Origin: Rhodothermales bacterium
GTDB taxonomy: Bacteria > Bacteroidota > Rhodothermia > Rhodothermales > DASSAV01
Length of the DNA: 64,000 nucleotides
Direction of reading: 5' to 3'
Assembly: GCA_041690215.1 (NCBI GenBank)
Contig: JAWLHQ010000006.1
Location: 200,838-264,837, forward strand
Part shown: one piece after another, positions 18,913 to 30,351 of the stretch
Layout: every line of letters starts with the position of its first letter
How positions within the stretch are numbered: position 1 is the stretch's first letter
Made by a program: the position numbers and the translations under genes
Notes under the pieces: generated by a model
What the model was told of the DNA's origin: nothing
What the model saw: only the letters and a program-made list of their open reading frames with translations
Database searches by the model: none

Positions 18913-20331
18913 ATGCAAGATCGCGAAGTGAGCCTTCAATTAACATCTCTGCCCACTGGGTTAGCTTTCGTAGAACGAGCGGGGTTGCTATTAGTGGGTG
19001 TCGGCCTGCTTCTATTCATGGTGGCGGCCTCCGGGGCTGGAGCATGGCAGCCGGCGCTACTGCTGGGTGCCGCATTCGGCACCACAACGGCCGGAGCGCT
19101 GCTTTATTTCCGGCGTTTTGCGCGCCGAGCAGCAAGCGAGAACAACGATTCGATGTGGTTTTCCGCATTGACAGCCCGGGGAGGGGCTGCCTGGGTGCTC
19201 GGGGTCGTGCTGACAGGTCTGTACGTGCTTCTATACTGGTTTCCCGAGTCGCTGGAAAATCTGATTCGAACTTTCGACCCCTTGAGTAAATGGTTACGTG
19301 GACGTGCGGCAGACCAGTGGTTCATGTATGGGGCATTTTACACGTTTGCCGTGCTCATCATGGGGGTACGGGCCGTTATCAAGTACCGTCATAGCCGGTA
19401 TCAAGTAATCCGGACGTTTTCGGTCGTTTTTTTTCAGCTCGGGTTCGCGTTTCTCATTCCATCGCTTTTGGTATTGCTGAACCAGCCTGAATACTATTTC
19501 AGTTACTTCTGGCCGCTCAAATACGACTATCTCTGGCCCAGCACGTTCTCATGGCTGGTGGATCAACCCGGCGGTCTAGGGATCTTTATGCTCTTCTGGG
19601 GAGCCGTGATGACCTTCATTGCGGCTCCCATTCTGACCTATTTCTTCGGAAAGCGGTGGTACTGCTCGTGGGTGTGCGGGTGTGGTGGGCTGGCGGAGAC
19701 GGCTGGGGATCCGTTTCGGCATCTGGCCGATACGTCGCTTCGTGCATGGCGCATCGAGCGATGGATAATCTACAGCGTGCTCGTCCTGATTGTGTTGACG
19801 ACCGTGTTACTCTGGGTTAGTTCGGCAACGGGAGGGTGGCTGTTCGGAGGCGTTTCGGGGATACTTGCGCAGTGGTATGGTTTCGGGATCGGACTCGTTT
19901 TTTCGGGCGTGATCGGGGTAGGGTTTTATCCTCTCATGGGGGCGCGCGTGTGGTGCCGCTACGGCTGTCCGATGGCGGCCATTCTGGGGCTTCAGCAGAA
20001 GTGGTTCTCGCGCTTTCGCATCACTACGAACGGCGGGCAGTGTATTTCCTGTGGGAATTGTTCTGCCTATTGTGAGATGGGGATCGATGTGCGATGGTAT
20101 GCGCAGCGTGGCCAGAACGTGGTACGCGCCTCTTGCGTAGGCTGCGGCATCTGCGCCACCGTATGCCCGCGCGGTGTGCTGAAGCTAGAGAACGGGCCAC
20201 GTGCGGACCGTTACAACGGCCCTGTGCTCATCGACCGTGACGAACTCGGGATTCTAACAGAAGAACATTGGGAAGCACTGAATGCGGCGTCCGTCGTTCC
20301 GAAGGATAATACCCTATCGATAGAGCGATAG
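18913..20331 (+). CDS. polytopic 4Fe-4S-binding membrane protein (NapH/MauN/NosH-like)
   Basis: 472 aa with several TM helices. Loop motifs YCSWVCGCGG and WCRYGCPMAA. The C-terminus carries two ferredoxin CxxCxxCxxxC motifs (CISCGNCSAYC and CVGCGICATVCP). Confidence 0.85.
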   Translation: MQDREVSLQLTSLPTGLAFVERAGLLLVGVGLLLFMVAASGAGAWQPALLLGAAFGTTTAGALLYFRRFARRAASENNDSMWFSALTARGGAAWVLGVVLTGLYVLLYWFPESLENLIRTFDPLSKWLRGRAADQWFMYGAFYTFAVLIMGVRAVIKYRHSRYQVIRTFSVVFFQLGFAFLIPSLLVLLNQPEYYFSYFWPLKYDYLWPSTFSWLVDQPGGLGIFMLFWGAVMTFIAAPILTYFFGKRWYCSWVCGCGGLAETAGDPFRHLADTSLRAWRIERWIIYSVLVLIVLTTVLLWVSSATGGWLFGGVSGILAQWYGFGIGLVFSGVIGVGFYPLMGARVWCRYGCPMAAILGLQQKWFSRFRITTNGGQCISCGNCSAYCEMGIDVRWYAQRGQNVVRASCVGCGICATVCPRGVLKLENGPRADRYNGPVLIDRDELGILTEEHWEALNAASVVPKDNTLSIER

Positions 20332-20459
20332 GGACGTGCAGGGGACAACTGGGCGCTTGTTCATCCTTCGTAACATTGGTGCAAACCTGAGGCACCGGGC
20401 CATCTCCCACAGGTATATCACCGAGTACAGGCACATGAACTGGAAAGGGGAGAACACCG

Positions 20460-22763
20460 ATGGAAGGAGGCAAGACGGTCCGACTACAGGTTGCCGGAGC
20501 AAAGGGCCCCGATGTAGGGAAAGGCATTGCCCGCCTCAACATGGATGCCCTGCGGCAGTTGGGCTTACGTGAGGGGAGTATCATCGAGGTACTGGGTAAG
20601 CGTAATACGGCCGTCATTGCACTTCCGCCCTATCCTGAGGACGAGGGACTGCACATCATCCGGCTCGACGGTCTGGAACGTGCAAATGCGAATGTTACGA
20701 TCGGTGATTTTGTGGAAGTGCGCGGGGCGGAGGTCAGGCCCGCGAAGCGCGTAACACTGGCGCCTGCCCAGAAGAACCTTCGGCTTCAGGGTTCCGGTCA
20801 GGCACTGCTCAGGACCCTGTACCAGCGTCCCCTCGTCGCGGGTGATATCATCTCCACCTCCGTATATCACCGGCAGGCGGCCGGATTCGATCCGAATCTG
20901 TTTCCTGACGCAGTCTTTCGCACATTCCTGCAGCAGCGGACGTTCGGGCTGCAGGAGATCCGGCTGGTGGTGACCTCCACGACGCCACGCGGAATCGTAC
21001 AGGTGACGCAGGAGACCGAAATCGAATTGCTCCCGCAGTACGCCGAACCGGAAGATGTGCGCATGATCGGCGTTACGTATGATGATGTAGGCGGTCTGAA
21101 GGAAACGATCGACCAGGTGCGGGAGATGATCGAACTCCCACTCCGACACCCGGAGCTTTTCTCTCGTCTGGGAATCGATCCGCCCAAAGGCGTATTGCTT
21201 CACGGGCCGCCCGGGACGGGTAAGACGCTGCTGGCTCGTGCGGTGGCAAACGAGTCCGAGGCGAAGTTCTTCCCTATCGATGGGCCGGAGATCATGGGGC
21301 GTCACTATGGGGAATCCGAAGAGCGTCTACGCAATGTATTCCAGGAAGCCCAGCAGAACGCACCCGCTATCATCTTTATCGATGAGATCGATTCAATCGC
21401 ACCGAGCCGGGAGAATGTGACGGGGGAGGTAGAGCGGCGGATTGTGGCCCAACTCCTTACGTTGATGGATGGCATCGAACCGCGCCAGAACGTAGTCGTG
21501 ATCGGCGCGACGAACCGGCCCGACGCGCTCGATGAGGCATTACGCCGACCTGGACGTTTCGACCGAGAAATCATCATCGGAGTGCCGGACCAGGACGGGC
21601 GTCGAGACGTCCTGGGTATTCATACACGTGGCATGCCGCTGGCTGAGGATGTCGATCTCGACGAAATTGCGCGTACTACGTATGGGTTCGTCGGTGCCGA
21701 CCTTGCCGCTTTATGCCGTGAGGCTGCTATCGAGACGCTGCGACGCAACCTGCCCCGGATAAACCTGGAAGAGCAGGAAATCCCACAGGAGCTTCTGGAA
21801 AACCTTCAGGTAACCCGGGAGGATTTTCAGAATGCGATCAAGCGTATCCAACCGTCGGCACTCCGTGAAATCATGATTCAGGTGCCGAATGTGACGTGGG
21901 CGGATATCGGCGGCCTAGAGCAGACCAAGCGGGCTCTCCGGGAAGGTGTAGAACTGCCGCTCAAGGATCCGGAAGCCTTCCGCCGCTTCGGTATTCGTCC
22001 GGCCAAGGGCTTCCTGTTGTTCGGACCTCCCGGGACGGGGAAAACATTGCTTGCCAAGGCGGTGGCGCGAGAGGCGGAAGCCAACTTCATCGCGACCCGA
22101 TCTTCTAACCTGCTTTCGAAGTGGTACGGTGAGTCGGAGAAACAAGTGGCACGGTTGTTTCAACGTGCCCGTCAGGTGGCGCCCACGGTAGTCTTCTTCG
22201 ATGAAATCGATTCGCTGGCACCACAGCGTGGCGGCGGGCTCGGGGAGCCTGCCGTGACGGAGCGCGTCGTCAATACGATTCTGGCTGAACTGGACGGGTT
22301 GGAAGAGTTGCAGGGTGTCGTGGTTCTGGGGGCTACTAACCGTCCGACTCTACTGGATCCTGCGCTGCTCCGCCCGGGGCGTTTTGACGAGATCATCTAT
22401 GTGCCAGTCCCGGATCGGGAGGCGCGGCTTCACATTTTGAAGATCCAGACCAACAAGATGCCGCTGGCGGATGATGTAGACCTCCAGAGTCTCGCCGACC
22501 GGACACGCGGATATTCAGGTGCGGACCTGGAAAATCTAACCCGTCGTGCAGGTCTTCACGCTATTCGCGAGGGTAAGGGGCTCGATAGAATTCCGATGGC
22601 ATTATTCGAACAGGCGCTGAAAGAGACACGGCCATCCGTGACTCCGGAGATGGAAGAGGAATACGAACGTATGGCTGAGCATCTGAAGCAGGAGCGTCCG
22701 AGCGGCGTGCGGAGGTTCGGATTTGCCATCGGAACGGATGGAGATACGGCTGTGTCCATGTGA
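20460..22763 (+). CDS. CDC48/VCP/VAT-like double AAA+ ATPase
   Basis: 767 aa. CDC48-N-like start ([40 protein letters not shown]...IGDFVEVRG). Two Walker A motifs (GPPGTGKT twice) and two Walker B motifs (IIFIDEIDS and VVFFDEIDS). Second-region-of-homology arginines are present (RPGRFD twice). Confidence 0.9.
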   Translation: MEGGKTVRLQVAGAKGPDVGKGIARLNMDALRQLGLREGSIIEVLGKRNTAVIALPPYPEDEGLHIIRLDGLERANANVTIGDFVEVRGAEVRPAKRVTLAPAQKNLRLQGSGQALLRTLYQRPLVAGDIISTSVYHRQAAGFDPNLFPDAVFRTFLQQRTFGLQEIRLVVTSTTPRGIVQVTQETEIELLPQYAEPEDVRMIGVTYDDVGGLKETIDQVREMIELPLRHPELFSRLGIDPPKGVLLHGPPGTGKTLLARAVANESEAKFFPIDGPEIMGRHYGESEERLRNVFQEAQQNAPAIIFIDEIDSIAPSRENVTGEVERRIVAQLLTLMDGIEPRQNVVVIGATNRPDALDEALRRPGRFDREIIIGVPDQDGRRDVLGIHTRGMPLAEDVDLDEIARTTYGFVGADLAALCREAAIETLRRNLPRINLEEQEIPQELLENLQVTREDFQNAIKRIQPSALREIMIQVPNVTWADIGGLEQTKRALREGVELPLKDPEAFRRFGIRPAKGFLLFGPPGTGKTLLAKAVAREAEANFIATRSSNLLSKWYGESEKQVARLFQRARQVAPTVVFFDEIDSLAPQRGGGLGEPAVTERVVNTILAELDGLEELQGVVVLGATNRPTLLDPALLRPGRFDEIIYVPVPDREARLHILKIQTNKMPLADDVDLQSLADRTRGYSGADLENLTRRAGLHAIREGKGLDRIPMALFEQALKETRPSVTPEMEEEYERMAEHLKQERPSGVRRFGFAIGTDGDTAVSM

Positions 22764-22845
22764 GTGAGGGTGTTCTGCCGCACTATGCAGCCCGTATCTG
22801 GCTCAATCAGGTTACAACGAACGATCAACCAACGAGGTAATTACG

Positions 22846-23223
22846 ATGAAGACTGTATCGCTTTTGAGCATCAATAGAGGTATGTCGACGCCTTCTATGG
22901 TCGGAATTCTGAGCCGCAATCCCGACCTGGCGCGAAAACTCAACAGGATGACCGGCCGGAGGATTCCCGCGCTAAAGACAGCGAGCCGTCGCGGCACCCT
23001 GAACCGGGGCATGCCGTGGCTCATGGGAGCAGGCATGCTTGCGCTACTTGGAGTCGGATTGGGGTGGGTTGCCCGCAGATTTGGCCGGCCGGGTATGATG
23101 ACTCGCACGAACGGGAGTGGAATCCTGGTTGAGGAGCGCGGTTTTACCATCAGCGAAAAGTATCCGGCCGGTGCTGCGGCCGAATCCATGTCATCGTCCG
23201 GCCGAGCAGCCCGGAGGAGATAG
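22846..23223 (+). CDS. hypothetical small basic membrane protein
   Basis: 125 aa. GAGG lies 8 nt upstream of the ATG. One TM helix (WLMGAGMLALLGVGLGWVA). A strong terminator lies about 40 nt downstream. A competing antisense ORF (22812-23261) lacks these signals. Confidence 0.4.
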   Translation: MKTVSLLSINRGMSTPSMVGILSRNPDLARKLNRMTGRRIPALKTASRRGTLNRGMPWLMGAGMLALLGVGLGWVARRFGRPGMMTRTNGSGILVEERGFTISEKYPAGAAAESMSSSGRAARRR

Positions 23224-23260
23224 TAGCGCCGTACGTGCAAGATGGACCTGTACGAATCCA

Positions 23261-23312
23261 AAAGGCGGCGCCGTGCACGTGTCTTCGTGCACGGCGCCGT
23301 TTCACTGTTTTG
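23261..23312. terminator. bidirectional intrinsic terminator between convergent genes
   Basis: CGGCGCCGTGCAC pairs perfectly with GTGCACGGCGCCG (13-bp stem, about 23266-23299). It is flanked by AAAAG on the left and TTTCACTGTTTT on the right. Confidence 0.75.
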
Positions 23313-23328
23313 AGGTTCTCATCGCCCT

Positions 23329-24336
23329 TTATCTGCCGTGTTCTTCGGCCGGGGAGGTGGCTGTGGGGCGTACCGGTTCGATATGCTCTTTCATCTCTGA
23401 CTTGGTATCGTTCACGTGCCGCTTTTCCCGGACGATCCGAACGGCGCCCTTGGCGGGCAGGATATGCGCTCCGATATGCCTGGCGTAGCTCTGGGTGAGT
23501 TCCGCACCCCAGAAGAGGATGAGGGACGAGTAGTAGATCCAGACCAGTATCAAGGCCAGCGATCCGGCCGCGCCATATGCGGAGGCCACGTTGCTTCTGC
23601 CCAGATAGAGCCCGATCAGCGTTTTCCCGATCACGAATAAGATTGCCGTGAAGAACGCCCCTATTCCCACGTCCTTCCATCGAATAACTGCATCGGGGAG
23701 GATCTTAAAGATGGCGGCGAAGAGGATCGTGATGATGAGCAGTGAAACCGCGAAGTTCAGGATGCTGAGCAGGGGACCGGAGAAAAAAGCGGGTAGCCAC
23801 TGGGCTAGGATGTCGCCGAATGCAGAAATGGCCGCACTGGCAGCCAGTGAAACCAGCAGCAGAAAACCCACTGCGAGGATCATTCCGAAAGAGAGCAGGC
23901 GCTTGGAAAGGAAATTCTTGATACCGCCGGCATCCGGATCGGGGGCCACTTCCCATATTGTGTTCAAGGCGGATTGAAGCTGGATGAACGCGCCTGTTGC
24001 TCCGAAGATGAGGACGCCGATTCCGATGAGGGATGCAATCAGACCTGAACGTCCTTGAGCACTCTTGCCTGCATTCGCGATCATGGTCTGTATCTCGGAT
24101 GCGGCCTGTGAACCTATGAGCGACTCGATTTGCCTCTGGATTTCCCCTGAGGCAGCTTCCTGTCCCCAGATAGCACCTACTATCGTCACGATGATGGCCA
24201 GTAGTGCCGGAAGAGAGAAGATGGTATAGTAGGAAAGTGCCGCTGCCTGGCTGGTACAGTCGTCATCCATGAAGTCCATATAGGCGTCCTTCAATACGCC
24301 AAAGACGTTCTTGAAAAAGAGGATTACTGAATGCAT
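23329..24336 (-). CDS. YihY/BrkB family membrane protein
   Basis: The track ORF extends to 24438. The ATG at 24336 gives MHSVILFFKN. AALSYYTIFSLPALL and six predicted TM helices fit the family. There is a hydrophilic C-terminal tail. Confidence 0.85.
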   Translation of the reverse strand: MHSVILFFKNVFGVLKDAYMDFMDDDCTSQAAALSYYTIFSLPALLAIIVTIVGAIWGQEAASGEIQRQIESLIGSQAASEIQTMIANAGKSAQGRSGLIASLIGIGVLIFGATGAFIQLQSALNTIWEVAPDPDAGGIKNFLSKRLLSFGMILAVGFLLLVSLAASAAISAFGDILAQWLPAFFSGPLLSILNFAVSLLIITILFAAIFKILPDAVIRWKDVGIGAFFTAILFVIGKTLIGLYLGRSNVASAYGAAGSLALILVWIYYSSLILFWGAELTQSYARHIGAHILPAKGAVRIVREKRHVNDTKSEMKEHIEPVRPTATSPAEEHGR

Positions 24337-24971
24337 CGCACGTTCTCCGTTGATCTGTTTACGGTCTGAGGGGAGAAGCCAGATCCTTCCTGATCGCTCG
24401 GTTGTCGAGAGTAGCCTATACCGTAACTCTGGTAGCATCGTCAGTGATGGTACCGGTGAGCATGCAAAGATCCTCGGTGGCTGCCGCAGGTAAGCAGATC
24501 GTTACACTGCCTGGTGGGCGCGAGCGTTCGTGACAGTGGGCCTGGTGATTAACTCGACAAGAGAAGTGGTGTGCACTGGTTCAGGTGCTGAGGCGCTGAA
24601 GATGGACGCTAGTCCGCTGGCAGAACCTGTATTGCCAACGGTTTGCAGTTGTCAGTCTGGCGCGTGTGGACGCTCAGTCAAGGGCGGGTTTTCTGTGCGA
24701 TATGCTTAGAGCAGCCTGTATTTGTGCTTTCAGGTTCGAATACGGTGGCGGTTACAGGTCATAAAAGCCTTCATCTTGGTTAATTAATGGTGAACGTCTG
24801 CACTATAAAATAAATCTGAGTTCATGGTCGCCTTTGCAATGAAGTCATTGTATTGGTTTGTGTTAAATTTGTTAGGATCGAAGTGCTATGGTCTAAATGA
24901 AAATTTATTGAAAGCGCTACCATTAGGAAGTGGCGTCCAGGTGCCTTAAAAAGGTGGTGTGATTCTGCGCC

Positions 24972-25000
24972 TTGACGATTGTTTTGCAAAACATTTTATT
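24972..25000 (+). promoter_or_regulatory. candidate sigma70-type promoter for the ilv-leu leader
   Basis: TTGACG (24972-24977), a 17-nt spacer, then TTTATT (24995-25000). It sits about 30 nt upstream of the leader ORF ATG. The match to consensus is partial. Confidence 0.3.
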
Positions 25001-25026
25001 GTACCACGTGATCTAACACACCGCAC

Positions 25027-25300
25027 ATGACATCAGCCCATCGCCATATCGCCGCAGCTACCGTTTCCACTCGCCTTCATGAGGCAGGCGTTCGAGGTGT
25101 GACTGGTGTATCCGTGCTCCCGTCTGTGACGGGGATTGTCGGGGGACGCGTGCTAGAGATCGAGCTATCGATTCTCGTCACGATTATTGTCCTCGTTAGC
25201 CTAATTATTGGCTAATAAACCGGTCAATCCCGAAGCCCACCGAAGCAGCGCGTGAGAGCAAAGCATCTGAAAGCTCGGGGATTGACCGACCCGAAAAGCT
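25027..25300 (+). promoter_or_regulatory. candidate ilv-leu leader peptide ORF plus leader hairpin
   Basis: 62-codon ORF (25027-25215). In its last 20 codons (25153-25212, LEIELSILVTIIVLVSLIIG), 14 are Ile, Leu or Val. A double stop TAATAA follows. CGGTCAATCCC (25221-25231) then pairs perfectly with GGGATTGACCG (25278-25288). GGGGATTG at 25131-25138 inside the ORF offers an alternative partner. Confidence 0.35.
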
Positions 25301-25531
25301 TCATGATGCTGAAAAAGCTCCACATAGACGCGCAATCAGGCTCCCGCTCATCAGTGTGGCCCAACTATTGTAAGTGGCCGCAAGGACTCTTGTCTGGGCA
25401 GGCCGCTGGTTCACGATATCTCGTGGAGTGTATTCGTGGCCCCGGTTATCGGGTGTTTCACCCTTCTGGCGGCTATTCCTTGCTGCATTGTTCTTGAGCC
25501 TGACTGTGCATACACCCAAACTGATCGGATT

Positions 25532-27340
25532 ATGAGCACGTTCAACACCACTACGACGGCCAATCCACACTCTGCAACCGGCGACGGCGTATCCGCGGCC
25601 GTGCCTGCAACACCGCCTGCTCAGCAGGTTCTTACGGGCGGGGAGATTTTCATTCGTTCCCTTGAGGCGGAAGGCGTCGAGGTGATCTTCGGCCATCCCG
25701 GTGGCGCGACGATTCGGATTTACGACGACATGGCCCGGCTGAAGCCATCGTTTCAGCATATTCTCGTCCGTCACGAGCAGGGTGGGACGCATGCAGCAGA
25801 AGGCTATGCGAAGGCCACGGGTAAGGTGGGAACGGTGCTCGTGACGAGTGGTCCTGGTGCGACGAACTGCGTAACCGGCATTGCGGATGCCTACATGGAT
25901 TCCGTTCCGCTGGTTGTTTTCACGGGCCAGGTGCCGACGTTCCTCATCGGCAATGATGCTTTCCAGGAATGTGATATCATCGGCATTACGCGAAGCATCA
26001 CGAAGCACAGTTTCCTCGTGCGCGATGTGCGTGACCTCGCCCGGACGATCAAGCAGGCCTATTATATTGCGCGGACGGGGCGGCCGGGGCCGGTCGTGGT
26101 GGACCTGCCTAAGGACGTCATTACGGCTACGACCACGTTCGAATATCCGCAGGAGGTTTCGATCCGTGGTTATTCGTTCGTTGAAAAGGCTGACCCCGCA
26201 GAGGTTCAGTATGCCGCCGATCTTATCGCACAGTCCAAGCGGCCTCTGCTGTACGTAGGGGGAGGCACGTTGACTTCCAATGCGGGCGATCTTCTCACGC
26301 AGCTTGCACGCAAGACGCGAATTCCAGTTACTACGACGCTGCACGGAATCGGAGCATTTCCTGAAGACGACGAGCTCTCACTCGGTATGCTCGGTATGCA
26401 CGGCACATGGTATGCAAACCAGGCCGTTCAGAACTGCGACCTTCTGATTGCGGTCGGTGCGCGGTTCGATGACCGAGTAACCGGTAAGCTGGATACCTGG
26501 GCTCCCCATGCGAAGGTCATTCACTTCGACATCGACCCGGCATGCATCTCGAAAAACGTCTATGCCGATTGCCCCGTGCTGGGAGATGTGCGGCTGGCGT
26601 TGGAGCAGCTGCTTCCGCTGGTGGAGGAGAAGGATACGACGGAGTGGCTGGAGCAAATCGCTGTCTGGAAGAAGGAATGCCCGCTGGAGTACGAGCAAGA
26701 CGGACAGCTTCGCCCGCAGTACATCTTGCAGCTTCTTCACGAGAAGACGAAGGGCAACGCGGTCGTATGCTCGGATGTGGGGCAGAATCAGATGTGGACG
26801 GCTCAGTACTTCAAGTTCGTTCAGCCGCGCTCTCACATCACGTCAGGTGGCCTTGGCACGATGGGCTTCTCGCTTCCTGCGGCGATGGGTGCTGCCTTTG
26901 GGTTGCGGTTCGCCGGCAAGGGAGATATCCCGGTCATCTCAATCAATGGAGACGGCGGGTTTGCGATGAACTCGCAGGAACTCGGCGTAGCGGCCGCACA
27001 CAAGTTGCCGCTGAAGATTGTGATTTTCAACAATGGATTTCTCGGCATGGTGCGGCAGTGGCAGGAGTTGTTCCATGAAAATCGCTACAGCCATACCGAC
27101 CTGACGACGACAAACCCGGATTACGTGCAACTCGCTGAAGCCTGGAATTGTGTGGGGCTGCGTGCCACGACGCCCGAAGAAGCGCAGGCGGTCATCGATA
27201 AGGCGTGGGAAATCAACGACCGTCCAGTGCTCATCGACTTTCGCGTGGTGAAAGAGGAGATGGTGTTCCCGATGGTCCCGGCAGGCGCCTCGACGGATGA
27301 GATGATTACGAAGCGGGTCACGCCCGATTCGTTCGTGTGA
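25532..27340 (+). CDS. ilvB: acetolactate synthase large subunit
   Basis: The track ORF starts at 25436. The ATG at 25532 gives MSTFNTT. Conserved IFGHPGGA and the ThDP-binding region GLGTMGFSLPAAMGA...INGDGGF...NNGFLGMVRQWQ. Confidence 0.95.
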   Translation: MSTFNTTTTANPHSATGDGVSAAVPATPPAQQVLTGGEIFIRSLEAEGVEVIFGHPGGATIRIYDDMARLKPSFQHILVRHEQGGTHAAEGYAKATGKVGTVLVTSGPGATNCVTGIADAYMDSVPLVVFTGQVPTFLIGNDAFQECDIIGITRSITKHSFLVRDVRDLARTIKQAYYIARTGRPGPVVVDLPKDVITATTTFEYPQEVSIRGYSFVEKADPAEVQYAADLIAQSKRPLLYVGGGTLTSNAGDLLTQLARKTRIPVTTTLHGIGAFPEDDELSLGMLGMHGTWYANQAVQNCDLLIAVGARFDDRVTGKLDTWAPHAKVIHFDIDPACISKNVYADCPVLGDVRLALEQLLPLVEEKDTTEWLEQIAVWKKECPLEYEQDGQLRPQYILQLLHEKTKGNAVVCSDVGQNQMWTAQYFKFVQPRSHITSGGLGTMGFSLPAAMGAAFGLRFAGKGDIPVISINGDGGFAMNSQELGVAAAHKLPLKIVIFNNGFLGMVRQWQELFHENRYSHTDLTTTNPDYVQLAEAWNCVGLRATTPEEAQAVIDKAWEINDRPVLIDFRVVKEEMVFPMVPAGASTDEMITKRVTPDSFV

Positions 27341-27408
27341 GCATCTGCGGAACGGATGTGACTCGAATCTGACCTCAGAATTTGATTTAACCTTTTTGAT
27401 TTACATCT

Positions 27409-27984
27409 ATGTCCATCAAGGCTCTGACTCCGCAGCAGATCGTCCGGAAGAAGAAGTCGGGTGAGCCGATCCATCCCGATGATCAGGCGCAAATTCATCG
27501 CCACGTGATCAGTGTACTCGTGGAGAACTCGATTGGTGCGCTCAATCGGGTGGCCAACATGTTTTCCCAGCGTGGTTTCAATCTGGAAAGCGTGACGATT
27601 GGCGAGACGGATGACCCGAGTGTTTCGCGGATGACGCTCGTGACGACTGGTAATGACCGAGTCATTGCGCAGGTGATCCGTCAGCTCAACAACCTCGTCG
27701 ATACCCTGCGCATCGACGATCTCACCAATGAAGAATACGTCGAGCGTGAGCTCTGCCTGATCAAGGTCCGTTACAACAGTGAGAACCGGGCGGAGATCAT
27801 GGATACGCTCCATGTATTTCTCGGGAAGGTCATTGATATCACGCTGGATACGATGACGTTTGAGCTGGTCGGCCCGGCAAAGAAAATCAATGCATTCATA
27901 GGTCTCATGCGGCACCACGGCATCGTGGAGGTTGCGCGAAGCGGCCGAGTCGCTATGCGGCGGTCACTCGTCTTTGGAGACTGA
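27409..27984 (+). CDS. ilvN: acetolactate synthase small (regulatory) subunit
   Basis: 191 aa. ACT domain HVISVLVENSIGALNRVANMFSQRGFNLESVTIG. Immediately downstream of ilvB. Confidence 0.9.
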   Translation: MSIKALTPQQIVRKKKSGEPIHPDDQAQIHRHVISVLVENSIGALNRVANMFSQRGFNLESVTIGETDDPSVSRMTLVTTGNDRVIAQVIRQLNNLVDTLRIDDLTNEEYVERELCLIKVRYNSENRAEIMDTLHVFLGKVIDITLDTMTFELVGPAKKINAFIGLMRHHGIVEVARSGRVAMRRSLVFGD

Positions 27985-27997
27985 GGGCTTGGGATAG

Positions 27998-30208
<2,211 letters not shown>

Positions 30209-30351
30209 TCGTCGATTATGTTGAGCGGCTTAAGCAAAGAGTGCGCGGGCGTGTCACGCTGCGACTTACTGGCGCCGTTGCGCTATAACGGCGCGCGGCA
30301 CTCTGTTACGTAAGCAACTCAGCACCGATCATACCTAGTACACATTAGATC

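Noticed and set aside
22700-22763. Proteasome-docking HbYX motif at the Cdc48-like C-terminus
   Set aside because: The C-terminus is ...[10 protein letters not shown], with no hydrophobic-Tyr-X ending. No proteasome link can be claimed.
22812-23261. 149-aa minus-strand ORF competing with the 22846-23223 plus-strand ORF
   Set aside because: It has no ribosome-binding site or sensible neighbour. Its 5' end would start inside the bidirectional terminator. The plus-strand ORF has GAGG spacing, a TM helix and a downstream terminator, although that ORF is itself only a moderate-confidence call.
24603-24679. Direct repeat TGGACGCT at 24603-24610 and 24667-24674
   Set aside because: A single 8-mer repeat within about 1 kb is expected by chance, so it is not treated as a regulatory array.
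24824-24937. 37-codon ORF (MVAFAMKSLYWFVLNLLGSKCYGLNENLLKALPLGSGVQVP) in the AT-rich island
   Set aside because: It has no ribosome-binding site, atypical codon composition and no motif. There is insufficient evidence for a gene.
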